Shown: positions 39,498 to 50,277, counted from the stretch's first letter. The stretch: 64,000 nucleotides of DNA from an uncultured delta proteobacterium (GCA_963765435.1 CAVXWK010000001.1:699294-763293), one strand, 5' to 3'. The notes: a model not told the origin generated them from the letters alone. Program-made: numbers and translations.

Positions 39498-39603
39498 CTT
39501 GTCCCCCTTCCGCTTTCTTGATTACATTCAAAATTTTTATCACCCTCTCCCTCACCCTCCCCCGTCGAGGGGGAGGGATTGGGTGTGTCCTGCCCATCGA
39601 ATT

Positions 39604-40911
39604 TTAGGAATTTTCGCCTGTGATGATTCCATCTCTTGCCACAATTCGTCCTGCGACAATTGTCAGTATTGCTTTTCCTTGAAGCTCCCAGCCATTAAAA
39701 GGACAATTTCTACCCTTGGAATAAAAGCGATTGACGTCCACCCTCCATTTCCAATCCAGATCGATCAAGGTCAGGTCCGCTTTAGCTCCTGGTCTGAGGC
39801 TGCCAACTCCCAGTACCTCGAGCCCAAAAATCTCGGCTGGGATGATCGTCATCTTTGCAATTGCTTGATTCAATGTCAAGATACCCGGATGCACCAGATA
39901 AGTTAAGACCAGGCCCAGCGTTGTCTCCAGGCCGATCACGCCGAAGGGAGCTTGATCCCAGGATCTGTTCTTCTCTTCGGGCGAATGAGGGGCATGGTCG
40001 CTCGCAATAATGTCAATAGTGCCGTTGGCAAGCCCTGCCCTCAAAGCCTCCACATCTCCTTCCGATCTCAATGGTGGATTTACTTTTGCGTTCGGTCCGA
40101 TTTCCTGGGCCATTTTCTCCGTCAGCAGAAGATGCTGCGGGGTCGCCTCTGCTGTCACATTGACTCCCCGTTTTTTCGCATCGGCAATGAGCTCTACCGA
40201 CCTGGCAAGGCTCACATGTGAGATGTGAAGCCGTGCTCCCGTTTTCTCGGCCAATTCGATATCTCGCTCGATAAACCCGGCTTCGGAGGTATAAGGATTC
40301 GCGCCCGGTGAAGCATACGGCATTTGGGGAGAGGAGGAGAGGATTCTTTGCCTGTAGAGTGAAGATTCTTCACAGTGTGGACTGACCAGGATTCCGCATT
40401 CCTTGCCTTTGACAAGTGCGCTTCGCATGAGCCTCCGGCTTGGAACGGGATTCCCATCGTCAGAAATCGCTCTGGCCCCGGCTTCTTTCAGTTTGGCAAT
40501 ATCCGTCAGCCTGTAGCCCATCGTTCCCTTAGTAATGGCTGACTTCGAGTAGAAATTAATGACGCTGTTCTTCTCTGCAATATTCAGTAAACGACAAAGC
40601 CGCGCAGGCGTATCTATCGGAGGAGCGGTGTTGGGCTCTGCTATGACGCTGGTGAATCCGCCGGCTGCGGCGGCCGATGAGCCGGTGTGAAGGTCTTCTT
40701 TATACTCCTGACCGGGCTCTCTGAAGTGGACGTGAGCGTCCACTAAGCCCGGTACAAGCAGCTTTCCGCTTGCGTCAATTATCGTAGCATCCGGAGCTAT
40801 AATATTCTCAGCAATCTCACTTATTTTCCCGTCATCAATCAAGACGTTGGATACCCGAGGGCCCGCTAACTCCGCAGCGATTAAGCTGGCTTTCTTAATA
40901 AGGAGTTTCAT
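39604..40911 (-). CDS. pyrC: dihydroorotase
   Basis: VDAHVHFREPG metal-binding motif, 435 aa. Confidence 0.85.
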   Translation of the reverse strand: MKLLIKKASLIAAELAGPRVSNVLIDDGKISEIAENIIAPDATIIDASGKLLVPGLVDAHVHFREPGQEYKEDLHTGSSAAAAGGFTSVIAEPNTAPPIDTPARLCRLLNIAEKNSVINFYSKSAITKGTMGYRLTDIAKLKEAGARAISDDGNPVPSRRLMRSALVKGKECGILVSPHCEESSLYRQRILSSSPQMPYASPGANPYTSEAGFIERDIELAEKTGARLHISHVSLARSVELIADAKKRGVNVTAEATPQHLLLTEKMAQEIGPNAKVNPPLRSEGDVEALRAGLANGTIDIIASDHAPHSPEEKNRSWDQAPFGVIGLETTLGLVLTYLVHPGILTLNQAIAKMTIIPAEIFGLEVLGVGSLRPGAKADLTLIDLDWKWRVDVNRFYSKGRNCPFNGWELQGKAILTIVAGRIVARDGIITGENS

Positions 40912-41016
40912 AGGTTAACTCAAGGGTTCCAGGGTTCGAGGGTTCTAGGGTACGAGTGGAATTTCATGAATTTATGCCTTCGCTTGGCCACTTGATTCCT
41001 TGACCCCTTGAACCCT

Positions 41017-41949
41017 CTACATAATCAGCGCCAAAAGGGCTTTTTGGGCATGGAGCCTGTTCTCTGCCTGGTCGAAGATAACGCTATTTTGCGAATCGGC
41101 CACTTCGTCCGTCACCTCTTCTCCCCGGTGGGCCGGCAAACAGTGCATGAAAAGATAATCCTCTCTTGCTTCTTTGACTAGCTTGGCGTTGACCTGGTAG
41201 GGTTTTAAAATTTTCACCCTTTTTTCGCGCTCCTTTTCCTTACCCATACTGGTCCATACATCCGTATAAACAATATCGGCTCCTCTCACAGCCTCCTTCG
41301 GATCATTCGTTACCTTCACCTTGCAACCGCTTCTTTTCCCCTCTTCCCTCGCCTCGGAGACCACCTGTGAATTAGGCTCATATCCTTTCGGACATCCAAG
41401 GGCGATATCCATTCCTACCTTGGAGCAGCCGTAGAGCAGGGAGTGGGCTACATTGTTGGCGTCGCCGACATAGGCAAGCCTCAATCCTGAAAACCGTCTC
41501 TTCTTCTCGTAAATGGTGAAAAGGTCAGATAAGCCTTGGCAGGGATGCGTGAAGTCTGAAAGCCCGTTGATCACTGGCACTTTGGAATATCTTACCAGAT
41601 CGATGATGGTCTGATGAGCAAAGACCCTTGCCATAATTCCGTTCACATAACGGGAGAGAACTTGAGCTGTATCAGCAACGGTCTCCCCGCGGCCTAATTG
41701 CAGATCGCTGGCATTCAGATAGAGCGCATAACCTCCGAGTTGCCACATTCCCACTTCAAAGGAAACCCTTGTTCGCGTGGACGGCTTCTCAAAGATCATC
41801 GCCAGCGTTTTCCCCTTTAAAAGAGGATGTTCCTCTCCGCGAAGCAATTGAGATTTCAATAGTTCCGCCGTCTTTAGGATCTGCTCAATTTCCTCCCTGG
41901 TTAAATGGAAAAGGCTATCTAACGATCTTCCTTTTAAGTTTACTGCCAT
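41017..41949 (-). CDS. argF: ornithine carbamoyltransferase
   Basis: STRTRVSFE, HCLPAHRGEE motifs. Confidence 0.9.
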   Translation of the reverse strand: MAVNLKGRSLDSLFHLTREEIEQILKTAELLKSQLLRGEEHPLLKGKTLAMIFEKPSTRTRVSFEVGMWQLGGYALYLNASDLQLGRGETVADTAQVLSRYVNGIMARVFAHQTIIDLVRYSKVPVINGLSDFTHPCQGLSDLFTIYEKKRRFSGLRLAYVGDANNVAHSLLYGCSKVGMDIALGCPKGYEPNSQVVSEAREEGKRSGCKVKVTNDPKEAVRGADIVYTDVWTSMGKEKEREKRVKILKPYQVNAKLVKEAREDYLFMHCLPAHRGEEVTDEVADSQNSVIFDQAENRLHAQKALLALIM

Positions 41950-42060
41950 GCTTCCCTATTCGACCTCCTCCACTATTAATCAAACATTTCCATTCATAAT
42001 ACCTTAACGCCTTTGTCCTGTCCATAATGAATCCACCCTCACCCCGGCCCTCTCCATCAA

Positions 42061-42287
42061 GAGACTGTGTCGTAATCGCCGCCCTGGCGGAAGAGACAGT
42101 CGGGTTTCAATGCTTTCGAATGCGGTCTTTTAGGAATGACTAATCGGTGCTTATGGAAAATGGAGTCATCTCATGGATCTTCAACGTCTGAATTTCACGC
42201 GTAAAAGGTTGCCGCTCTAAAGCTTTTCCACCCGACCGCCTTTTCCGCCCTATTTGGGACGGGCTTTTATAATTGTGACACAGTCTC
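42061..42287. mobile_element. 227-bp MITE-like element (copy 2, inverted relative to copy 1)
   Basis: reverse complement of 5325-5551 with only a few mismatches. Confidence 0.6.
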
Positions 42288-42375
42288 CAAGGGAGAGGGA
42301 GAACCGGATCGAGTCAATTCTATTTTTGGGATTAAAATTTGGGATTAAAATTGGCCTTGACTTCTACTCATTGAT

Positions 42376-42651
42376 TTGATAGTTATCACTGTCAATAAGA
42401 ACTATTCAAAGGGGGTGATGATGGTGTCGAATATACTCGGGATCATTGTTGGAGTTGTGGTGATCATCATTGGTTTGATCTTACTGATCACCTGGTGGGG
42501 CATGTTCATCAAGGGGCTGATGGCAGTCGTCCCCATCCTGCTGGTTTTGATCGGTCTCGGTGTTCTCGTCTATTTCATCAGTGAGATCAAGTCAAAATTG
42601 GAAGTGGGGAAAGAAGAAGCTGCAGCTTCGGGTGAGAAAAAACCCGAATAG
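42376..42651 (+). CDS. small hypothetical membrane protein
   Basis: two TM helices; start could be MMVSNIL at 42418. Confidence 0.4.
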   Translation: MIVITVNKNYSKGVMMVSNILGIIVGVVVIIIGLILLITWWGMFIKGLMAVVPILLVLIGLGVLVYFISEIKSKLEVGKEEAAASGEKKPE

Positions 42652-42880
42652 AACGGAATAATACATTGAAACGGATCATGGAAGACGGATTCGGAGAGGT
42701 GCTCCGAATCCGTCTTTCGTTTTTCATCCCTTCAGGTTGCCTTTCCTCCACTGCCAAAGTTATTTTGAGATTCTCCCCTGGCAGCTTAAGAAAGCACATC
42801 CTTGCGTTGAAATCCTGCACCAGCGGTTCGAACCCGTTTTACCCAACCCGGAAATTTCGCGAATCTTTCCGATTTTTCCT

Positions 42881-43921
42881 TTAGGCCTTTACATGGAGAA
42901 TAAGTTTCTTGCCGCATTCACAGCAGTAGTTTGAATAGATGCCATTTTCCGTCCGGCAATGTTTGCAGATATTCACTTGATTCAGCGAAATAGTATTGAT
43001 CAAGTGGAAGACCATATAGGTAACTAATGCAGAAAAGGTCCACACGGCAACGAATATCCAGGCCAGCTCAGAAGTGATAAAGTTTTGGATCAAAAAAGAC
43101 ACAAAGTAAGAAAAGATTGTTCCCGTCAAGAACAGGGTCAGGAATATTTTAGTAAATCGTCTTCCCTTGAACCACATGTACGGAATCGTAAAGCTCGCCA
43201 GGGAGATGAGAAAGGACGTGATGCACCAGGTTTGAAATTGGTTTCTAAAACTTGTGAGCAAGGTCCCCAATGTTGTTAACATTTCCTCAAAGTTGACTTT
43301 TAGGTCGACAAGGGACGCAGATTCTCTCTCAAAGTAACGGAAAATCGGTAACAGCCTCTCCAGGGAGAAGAACCATAGGCAAACAGTCCCTATGATTAGG
43401 GCCATTCCGAGGGTTATGTATGAGATGTTCTCGAGGTATTTACTCAACAGATAAACTTCAAGGCCCCGATTGTAGACTTCGAATTTTTTCGTCTCCCTTA
43501 TGAAAACCAAAGATGAGATAATAGATGCCGAGACCCCGAACCCGAGAAAAATTAATCCGATAGATAGAAACATCCAAGGAAGATCCTCCCTGAAAAATAC
43601 GCCAGCCGCGTCGCCATGATAAAAAACGTACGGCCAGACCGTCTTCAAAATAACGGCGATGCATAAAATAAGCGCAATATAAGCAAGTGGTTTTGCAACC
43701 TTATTCCCTTTTTCTTCAGCCGACCGGCCCACCTGTTCATGGAATTCCCTTGCAAATGCGTTTTTCTCGTAAACAAGTCTTGTAAAAATTCTATTGATCC
43801 ATTTTTGTCGAATGAGACGCCATGCAAAGAATCCCAGGACCGATATCAAGATGAAGGGGAGTGTAACCTCGGCCAGCAGGAGGACAGCAATGATCAGAGA
43901 CATTACAAAATGATATACCAT
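42881..43921 (-). CDS. hypothetical polytopic membrane protein with C-terminal C4 zinc ribbon
   Basis: 346 aa, multiple TM helices, CKHC...CCECG at C-terminus. Confidence 0.5.
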   Translation of the reverse strand: MVYHFVMSLIIAVLLLAEVTLPFILISVLGFFAWRLIRQKWINRIFTRLVYEKNAFAREFHEQVGRSAEEKGNKVAKPLAYIALILCIAVILKTVWPYVFYHGDAAGVFFREDLPWMFLSIGLIFLGFGVSASIISSLVFIRETKKFEVYNRGLEVYLLSKYLENISYITLGMALIIGTVCLWFFSLERLLPIFRYFERESASLVDLKVNFEEMLTTLGTLLTSFRNQFQTWCITSFLISLASFTIPYMWFKGRRFTKIFLTLFLTGTIFSYFVSFLIQNFITSELAWIFVAVWTFSALVTYMVFHLINTISLNQVNICKHCRTENGIYSNYCCECGKKLILHVKA

Positions 43922-44809
43922 TTGAACTGCTCACAATGGATTTAGCGCATACCTATGGTTAAACATGCATAAGGTAAGGAGCATTTTTTGTGCCAGAAAT
44001 AATCCGCCTATCACCACTTGATTTTATTGAGTAATTCAATTGTAATGGTTGGAAGGAGAAGGCCGGATTTTGAACAATATGTCGCTTTCATTTACATTTT
44101 TGGGATACCGGAAAACTGTTGAATTTTAATGGCATCGGGGAAACGGTGGCTCCGTTCTATCGCCAATTGTTCTTGTCTCTCGAAATTCAATGCTTCCTGG
44201 TATTCAGACCTCTGGATGTGATTACTCTGAGGTTTCGCCCTGAGGCCTTCTCACCGGGTGTCCGTGCAGCGCCTGTGCCGCGCCGTCTCGCCCAAGCTTA
44301 CCGGGAGGACGAGGGATTCGGGATGATATCATTTATAAAATTCGTTATTATTGAGACATGAAAAAACTGCAACCGGGTGACAAGATCATCAAGGTTGATA
44401 AAGAGTTGGGAATTGCCTGGATCCTGCTTCCTCCTGATGCAACCCTGGGAGGATTTCAAGGCATCTCACCCCGGATCATAGATGAAAAAAAATTCGTTTC
44501 TGCGAAGAAGAAGTCGGAGGAAAAAGAATCCTGATGTTCGGCTGCCCTACTTTTCTTTCTTTCCAATGACGGCCTCGCATCCCCATTTACAATCTTCTCT
44601 TCCAAATTCGGTCAACTGAGGGTGGTGACAATCGATCTGCCGTAAATTTCTCTTTAGGATTCGACCTTTCTGTGAAACAATGTCCCATTCTACCATGACG
44701 GCCGTCTTTTCTCCCCTTCCGGGACACTTGATCGACTTCCATTCTCTCTCTATTTTCTGTTCCAAGCCTTCCTCCTTTCCCCGACTGGAGACCCTTCGAG
44801 ACCCCTCGT

Positions 44810-45466
44810 CTAATGCTTTAATCTCTCCTCCTTCTTCTCTTGGGCCCCGCTGTCCAAAACACCTCCATGAATAACAATTCCGTCGGGATCGGTACTGATC
44901 GCTTTGAGATAACAACGCTCTGCCTTCGCCGCTTCTCCTATTTGCTCGTAGCACTCTCCCATTAAATTAAGGGCATCTTTAAAAGTCGGCAAAAATTGGA
45001 TGACCTCTTCCAGGGTGTTGATGGCAGCATGATATCGCTGCAATTTCCAAAAACACATTGCCAGCCAGTAGTGACCTTGGTAATGCTTCGGGTTCGCCCG
45101 GATTACCTTTTCATAATAGGGGATAGCGATTTCAAACATGGACCGGCGATAATAAAGCCCTCCCAAGTTTAAGAAAACGGGAATGCTATTCGGATCTCTT
45201 CTCAATATCTCTTTATACGCCCTGACCGCCCTCCTCAAAAAATCGGCCCGGTCATAAGCATTAGCCTTCCCAAAAAGGTAATTGGTCTTAATCTCTCGCG
45301 GGGAGAGGGGCTCCCATGCCAGATCCTTAAGGAGAATCCAAAGAACCGGAACCATGTAAAGAAAATATTTTAGCCTCTTTAGCACGCTCTTTCCCTCTGC
45401 GGATACAAATGTAACAGATAAAATCGCAATTACCAAATCCCGATTTTCAAATCCCCTCATTACCAA
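44810..45466 (-). CDS. TPR-repeat protein
   Basis: tetratricopeptide repeat pattern (AIPYYEKVIRANPKHYQGHYWLAMCFWKLQRYHAAI...). Confidence 0.6.
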   Translation of the reverse strand: MVMRGFENRDLVIAILSVTFVSAEGKSVLKRLKYFLYMVPVLWILLKDLAWEPLSPREIKTNYLFGKANAYDRADFLRRAVRAYKEILRRDPNSIPVFLNLGGLYYRRSMFEIAIPYYEKVIRANPKHYQGHYWLAMCFWKLQRYHAAINTLEEVIQFLPTFKDALNLMGECYEQIGEAAKAERCYLKAISTDPDGIVIHGGVLDSGAQEKKEERLKH

Positions 45467-45599
45467 AGGGGGAATCCGACTCTGATCCCCATTTCCCCTG
45501 CCTTCGCGCCTCCCCTTAACCGTACTGGTACAGAGCAGGCCCTGAACCTAGCATGGTACAGGGCAGGCAGGCACCAGGGGAGAGTGCTGTGAAAGGGGG

Positions 45600-46694
45600 T
45601 TATACATTAAAGCGGAAATGGACGATATCCCCGTCTCGGATGAGATAATCTTTTCCCTCAGAACGAAGGAGTCCCTTTTCTCTCGCCGTATGCTCAGAGC
45701 CACAGGTCACGAAATCGGGAAAGGAAATGACTTCTGCGCGAATGAACCCTCTTTCCATGTCCGTGTGGATCTTGCCGGCGGCCTTAGGGGCCGGAGTTCC
45801 TTTGGGCACGGTCCAGGCCCTGAGCTCAGAGCTAACCGTTGTGTAAAACGTGACGAGGGATAAGATCTCATATCCGACTTCAATTAATCGTTCAAGGCTT
45901 GAGCCCTCCAGACCCAGCTCTTTTCTGAACTCCTCTCTCTCCTCCTCTTTCAATTCTGCAACCTCCGCCTCGAGATCACCGCAGATGACGACCACTTTAT
46001 TTCCTTCTTTTTGTGCCCAGTCCGTGATCGTCTTCAAACAGGTCCCCTCCCCCTTGAGCTCTTTTTGGTCAACATTGGCAACGTAAAAAACCGGTTTTGC
46101 AGTGAGAAGGTGGAGATCAAAGAAGATCGTCTCTTTTTCTCCGGCCATGTGGAGGGTCCCCGCCCTCCGGCCCTGGTTCAAAACGGTTTGAACCTCTTGG
46201 TAAACCTCCAACTCCAAAGTGGCCTCCTTGGCACCCACCCTATGCATCTTCTCCGTTTTCGTCATTTTCTTCTCTAAAGTCTGAAGGTCTGCTAAAATAA
46301 GCTCGGTATTAACGACTTCGATATCCCTCACCGGGTCGATCGAACCGAAGTCATGGGCCACATTTTCGTTGTTGAAGCAACGAACGGTGTGGGCAACGGC
46401 ATCCACATTTCGTATGTGATCCAGAAACTGATTGCCCAGCCCCTCTCCTTTGCTTGCCCCTTTGACCAATCCAGCAATATCGAAAAACTCAAGGGTGGTG
46501 GGAATCGTTTTTTTAGGGTGGATCAGCTTGGCAATCCTTTCCAGCCTTTGATCCGGCACGGGGACAATGCCAATGTTCGGGTTGATCGTGCAGAAACGGT
46601 AACTCGCTACCTCTGCGCCGGCCGCAGTCAGCGCATTGAATAACGTGGACTTCCCCACGTTTGGAAGACCCACAATGCCGCACCGAAAACCCAT
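45600..46694 (-). CDS. ychF: ribosome-binding ATPase YchF
   Basis: GIVGLPNVGKST P-loop, TGS C-terminus; start at MGFRCGIVG. Confidence 0.9.
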   Translation of the reverse strand: MGFRCGIVGLPNVGKSTLFNALTAAGAEVASYRFCTINPNIGIVPVPDQRLERIAKLIHPKKTIPTTLEFFDIAGLVKGASKGEGLGNQFLDHIRNVDAVAHTVRCFNNENVAHDFGSIDPVRDIEVVNTELILADLQTLEKKMTKTEKMHRVGAKEATLELEVYQEVQTVLNQGRRAGTLHMAGEKETIFFDLHLLTAKPVFYVANVDQKELKGEGTCLKTITDWAQKEGNKVVVICGDLEAEVAELKEEEREEFRKELGLEGSSLERLIEVGYEILSLVTFYTTVSSELRAWTVPKGTPAPKAAGKIHTDMERGFIRAEVISFPDFVTCGSEHTAREKGLLRSEGKDYLIRDGDIVHFRFNV

Positions 46695-46996
46695 TGACAC
46701 CCCTCTTTTTGAACCCCAAACCCGAAACCCTAAGCTCTAGATAAACTCAAATATCCCTGCCTACCGCACCCTCTTCTACTGAAGTGGGCAAGGGCGTTTG
46801 TGATTTTGATGGTTCGCCAGTGACCAACCCGTTATGCAAAATTTATTTAGAATTTGCAGTTTATCGTTTCGAGTTTAAGTTTCTTATGGATTTCCGCCTT
46901 TATATTTGTATAATAAAACTGAGAGGAAATAAAGCATTTAATGGGTTGAGCATTCCTGCCGGCAGGGAGGTCAACGTGAAGCAGCAAAATCGTATC

Positions 46997-47851
46997 ATGA
47001 TAGAGACAGCCTGCGTCATCGCGAGAAAAACCCGTTCGAAGGGGGTCTTGCTTTATGCGGATATGATCGAAGACTATGAAGCCTTGGCCAAGATCGGCCA
47101 GGAAAAACGGGTTGATCTGATTCTCGCCATCAAGGATGAATCCTATTTTCGGGAAGCTGCCTCGGTTTTTGAGAAAGTACTTCAGATCCCCGATGTCCCC
47201 CTGGGTCGAATCAATCAAATGAAAATGGCCATCATCCAAGCCCTCTCAAAGGGTCTGGTCAAAAAGGGAGATAAATGGGTCTGCCTCTCCGGAATCCCTC
47301 AAACGAAAGTCCTGGATAACCTCATCATCCTCGAATTCGGAAAAGAGTTCGAACTCGTCTCTTCCGCCGATCTTCCTGTGATTTCAGAGATTGTGAGGCC
47401 GGAAGTTTTCGAGACTGTTTTACGCCTCGCTTTGGAAATCTCTATAGAAGGAAAAGAAGGGAGAAAACCTGTTGGGACGATCTTTGTCCTCGGGAAGCAT
47501 GAAGAGGTTCTCAAATTCTCACACCCCATGGTGATCAATCCCTTTCAGGGATATCCCGAAGAAGAACGAAATATTTTGGATCACCGGCTGAAAGAAACCG
47601 TCAAGGAATTTTCCTCCATCGACGGGGCATTCATTCTCCGCGAAGACGGGATCATCTTGGCAGCAGGCCGCCATCTGGATGCCTCGGGGGAAAATATCGA
47701 AATTCCCCTGGGTCTTGGAAGTCGGCATCGAGCCGCCGCCGGGATTACCAGTCTGACCGACGCCCTTGCCATCGTCATTTCTGAGGAGACGGGAGGAGTA
47801 CGCATCTTTCACCATGGAAAAATCTTTATGGAGATTGAAAAAGGTGAATGA
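46997..47851 (+). CDS. DAC (diadenylate cyclase)-domain protein with unknown N-terminal domain
   Basis: DGAFILREDGIILAAGRHL...RHRAAAGITSLTDALAIVISEETGGVRIFHHGK DAC motifs; no TM segment; start uncertain (ORF opens at 46784). Confidence 0.6.
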   Translation: MIETACVIARKTRSKGVLLYADMIEDYEALAKIGQEKRVDLILAIKDESYFREAASVFEKVLQIPDVPLGRINQMKMAIIQALSKGLVKKGDKWVCLSGIPQTKVLDNLIILEFGKEFELVSSADLPVISEIVRPEVFETVLRLALEISIEGKEGRKPVGTIFVLGKHEEVLKFSHPMVINPFQGYPEEERNILDHRLKETVKEFSSIDGAFILREDGIILAAGRHLDASGENIEIPLGLGSRHRAAAGITSLTDALAIVISEETGGVRIFHHGKIFMEIEKGE

Positions 47852-47858
47852 TCCCGTC

Positions 47859-48443
47859 TTAGGAAACGGGGGAGAGGGGAATTTTTTTCTGAAACTGATT
47901 CATCGCCTTTTCAAGCCCTTCCAAGAGCATGGTCCTCAGACCTTCTGCTGCCCGGCAAAGGACTTGATCTAAATGGGACTGCTCAACGTCATCAAAGACA
48001 TCCAGGACATACTCGGCGGGGTCCATCCCTTCGGGAGGTCTGCCAATGCCAACCTTCAGCCTTAGAAAGTTATTTCCACCCATGCACTCAATGACGGAAC
48101 GTACCCCCTGATGTCCTCCATCCCCTCCTCTTCGTTTAAAACGAAGCCTTCCAAAGGGAAGGTCCAAATCGTCGTGAACGACAACCAGATCCTCCACATG
48201 AAGGTGGAAGAAATCCGCTGCCTTTTTGACCGCTTCTCCACTCCGATTCATGAAGGTCATTGGCTTAGCCAGGACAACCTTCTCAGAATCGATACAGCCT
48301 GTTTCATAGAGGGATCTGAAGCGTTTGGTACGGATAGAAAGGTGGCTTATTTTGGCGAGACGATCCACTACCTGAAACCCAATATTGTGCCTGCTCGTTC
48401 GATACGCAGTTCCAGGATTGCCCAGTCCTACGATGATCTTCAC
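47859..48443 (-). CDS. pth: peptidyl-tRNA hydrolase
   Basis: MKIIVGLGNPG...HNIGF motifs. Confidence 0.9.
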   Translation of the reverse strand: MKIIVGLGNPGTAYRTSRHNIGFQVVDRLAKISHLSIRTKRFRSLYETGCIDSEKVVLAKPMTFMNRSGEAVKKAADFFHLHVEDLVVVHDDLDLPFGRLRFKRRGGDGGHQGVRSVIECMGGNNFLRLKVGIGRPPEGMDPAEYVLDVFDDVEQSHLDQVLCRAAEGLRTMLLEGLEKAMNQFQKKIPLSPVS

Positions 48444-48449
48444 ATTCGG

Positions 48450-49106
48450 TTATTCTTTTTCCTCCTCTCCCTCCTCCTTCTTTTCCTCTACCTCAGCCCC
48501 TTCAACAGCCTCCGGAGCCACTGCTTCCACAACCTTCTCCTCCGCCACAGGGGGTACGACTGTGGCGATGGTAAAGTTAGTCTCCGAAATAATTTTCGCT
48601 TTCTCCACTCTAATATCTTCGACATGAATCGAATCACCAATCTTCAGGAGGCTCACGTCAACATCAATGCTCTTAGGAATATCACCGGGGAGGCACTGAA
48701 CTTGGATCTCCCTTCGGACCTGCTCAAGGATCCCTCCCACCTTGGTCCCCTCAGGTTTCCCGACCAGATGAACCGGGACCTCCACGGTGACCATCTCGTC
48801 CATAGCCACCTCGTAAAAATCCGTGTGCAAGGTCGCCCTTTGGAGAGGATCGATTTGAATGTCTTTCAGCATCACCACCTTGCGATCCGACTGAGCTCCC
48901 TTTCGGATGTCAAGGTCAATCAAGACATTCTCCCCTGCCTCTGTTTGAAGAGCCTTCGTCAATTCCTTAGAATCGATCACCAAAGGGATGGTTTGGGATC
49001 GCGGTCCATAAAATATGGCAGGGATCATGCCCTTCGACCGGAGTTTCTTTGCCTTTTCCTTTCCAACCCCTTCTCGAATCTCAGCTGTCAGCACGGGTCT
49101 TTCCAT
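48450..49106 (-). CDS. rplY: 50S ribosomal protein L25/general stress protein Ctc
   Basis: L25 N-terminal beta-barrel plus acidic/Glu-rich C-terminal tail. Confidence 0.85.
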   Translation of the reverse strand: MERPVLTAEIREGVGKEKAKKLRSKGMIPAIFYGPRSQTIPLVIDSKELTKALQTEAGENVLIDLDIRKGAQSDRKVVMLKDIQIDPLQRATLHTDFYEVAMDEMVTVEVPVHLVGKPEGTKVGGILEQVRREIQVQCLPGDIPKSIDVDVSLLKIGDSIHVEDIRVEKAKIISETNFTIATVVPPVAEEKVVEAVAPEAVEGAEVEEKKEEGEEEKE

Positions 49107-49128
49107 GGGTCACTCCTTATCCTGTGAT

Positions 49129-50103
49129 TTAAACAAAAAGACAACTTACTGATTCATCTTCATAAATTCTGCGAATAGCGTCAGCCAGGAGACTGGAGAT
49201 CGAGACGACTTTAATTTTTGGACATGCCTTGGCTTCCCCCCGGAGGGGAATGGTATCCGTGACGATCATTTCGACAATGGGTGATTCAGAGATGATCTTC
49301 ACAGCCTTTCCCGAGAGGACAGGATGCGTGCAGCAGGCATAGACGGCCTTCGCCCCGTTCTCGATCAGGGCATAGGCCGCCCGCACCAATGTCCCCCCTG
49401 TATCCACCATGTCGTCAACCAAGAAGGCTGTCATACCGCTCACATCTCCGATGATATTCATCACCTGCGAGACATTGGGAGAATCTCTTCGTTTGTCGAT
49501 GATCGCCAAGGAAGCGTCTAACCTTTTTGCAAAAGCGCGAGCCCTTTCCACTCCTCCTGCATCCGGCGATACCATGACGATATCGTTTCTGACCTGCTTC
49601 ATATGTTCTAACAGCACCGGGGCAGCAAATAAGTGGTCCACCGGAATATTGAAAAAGCCCTGGATTTGACCGGCGTGAAGGTCAACGGTAAGAATTCGAG
49701 AAGCTCCTGCGGTCGTGATCAAATCTGCAACCAGTTTGGCAGAGATGGGGGCTCGAGGAAGAACTTTACGATCCTGCCTCGCATAACCGTAGTAAGGCAC
49801 CACGGCGGTAATTCTTTCCGCAGAGGCTCTCTTCAGGGCGTCGATTAAGATAAGAAGCTCCATGAGATTGTCATTCACAGGAGACGAAATGGACTGGATC
49901 ACGAAAACGTCCATTCCTCGGACGCTCTCATCAATCTCAACATGAATCTCTCCGTCGCTGAAAGTGCTCACCACAGATTTGCCAAGGGGGGTCCCCAACT
50001 GGTCACAAATCTTCGTCACCAATTCATTATTCGAATTCCCCGTGAATATCTTCAACCAGCTCAAATCCTGGCCGGTGGCGGCCACGGACTTATTCTTGCT
50101 CAT
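49129..50103 (-). CDS. prs: ribose-phosphate pyrophosphokinase
   Basis: PRPP synthase motifs ([18 protein letters not shown]). Confidence 0.9.
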   Translation of the reverse strand: MSKNKSVAATGQDLSWLKIFTGNSNNELVTKICDQLGTPLGKSVVSTFSDGEIHVEIDESVRGMDVFVIQSISSPVNDNLMELLILIDALKRASAERITAVVPYYGYARQDRKVLPRAPISAKLVADLITTAGASRILTVDLHAGQIQGFFNIPVDHLFAAPVLLEHMKQVRNDIVMVSPDAGGVERARAFAKRLDASLAIIDKRRDSPNVSQVMNIIGDVSGMTAFLVDDMVDTGGTLVRAAYALIENGAKAVYACCTHPVLSGKAVKIISESPIVEMIVTDTIPLRGEAKACPKIKVVSISSLLADAIRRIYEDESVSCLFV

Positions 50104-50202
50104 ATGAGCCTCAGTGCCTCGAAGGTGGAAAGTCGAAGGTGGTAGGTCGTTTTACAATTTTCCATAACCACCATCTACCTGCAATTCTCCACGCTCTAAA
50201 TG

Positions 50203-50277
50203 TGGCTGGGGTGGGAGGATTCGAACCTCCGAGTCCAGGTTCCAAAGACCTGTGTCTTACCGCTTGACGACACCCCA
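50203..50277 (-). tRNA. tRNA-Gln (anticodon TTG)
   Basis: rc folds as cloverleaf: acceptor UGGGGUG/CACCCCA, anticodon loop CUUUGGA, T-arm GGUUCGAAUCC, 3' GCCA. Confidence 0.8.

Noticed and set aside
44119-44361. 80-aa plus-strand ORF
   Set aside because: No RBS and an unusual composition; it sits in a leader region and was judged non-coding.
44547-44954. 135-aa minus-strand ORF
   Set aside because: Overlaps the 3' end of the TPR gene by 145 nt, and its translation is Arg/Gly/Glu-rich low complexity. Only the last ~50 codons (MVEWDIV…) could be independent, which is too weak to call.
48111-49127. 338-aa plus-strand ORF
   Set aside because: Antisense to pth and rplY; no family resemblance.
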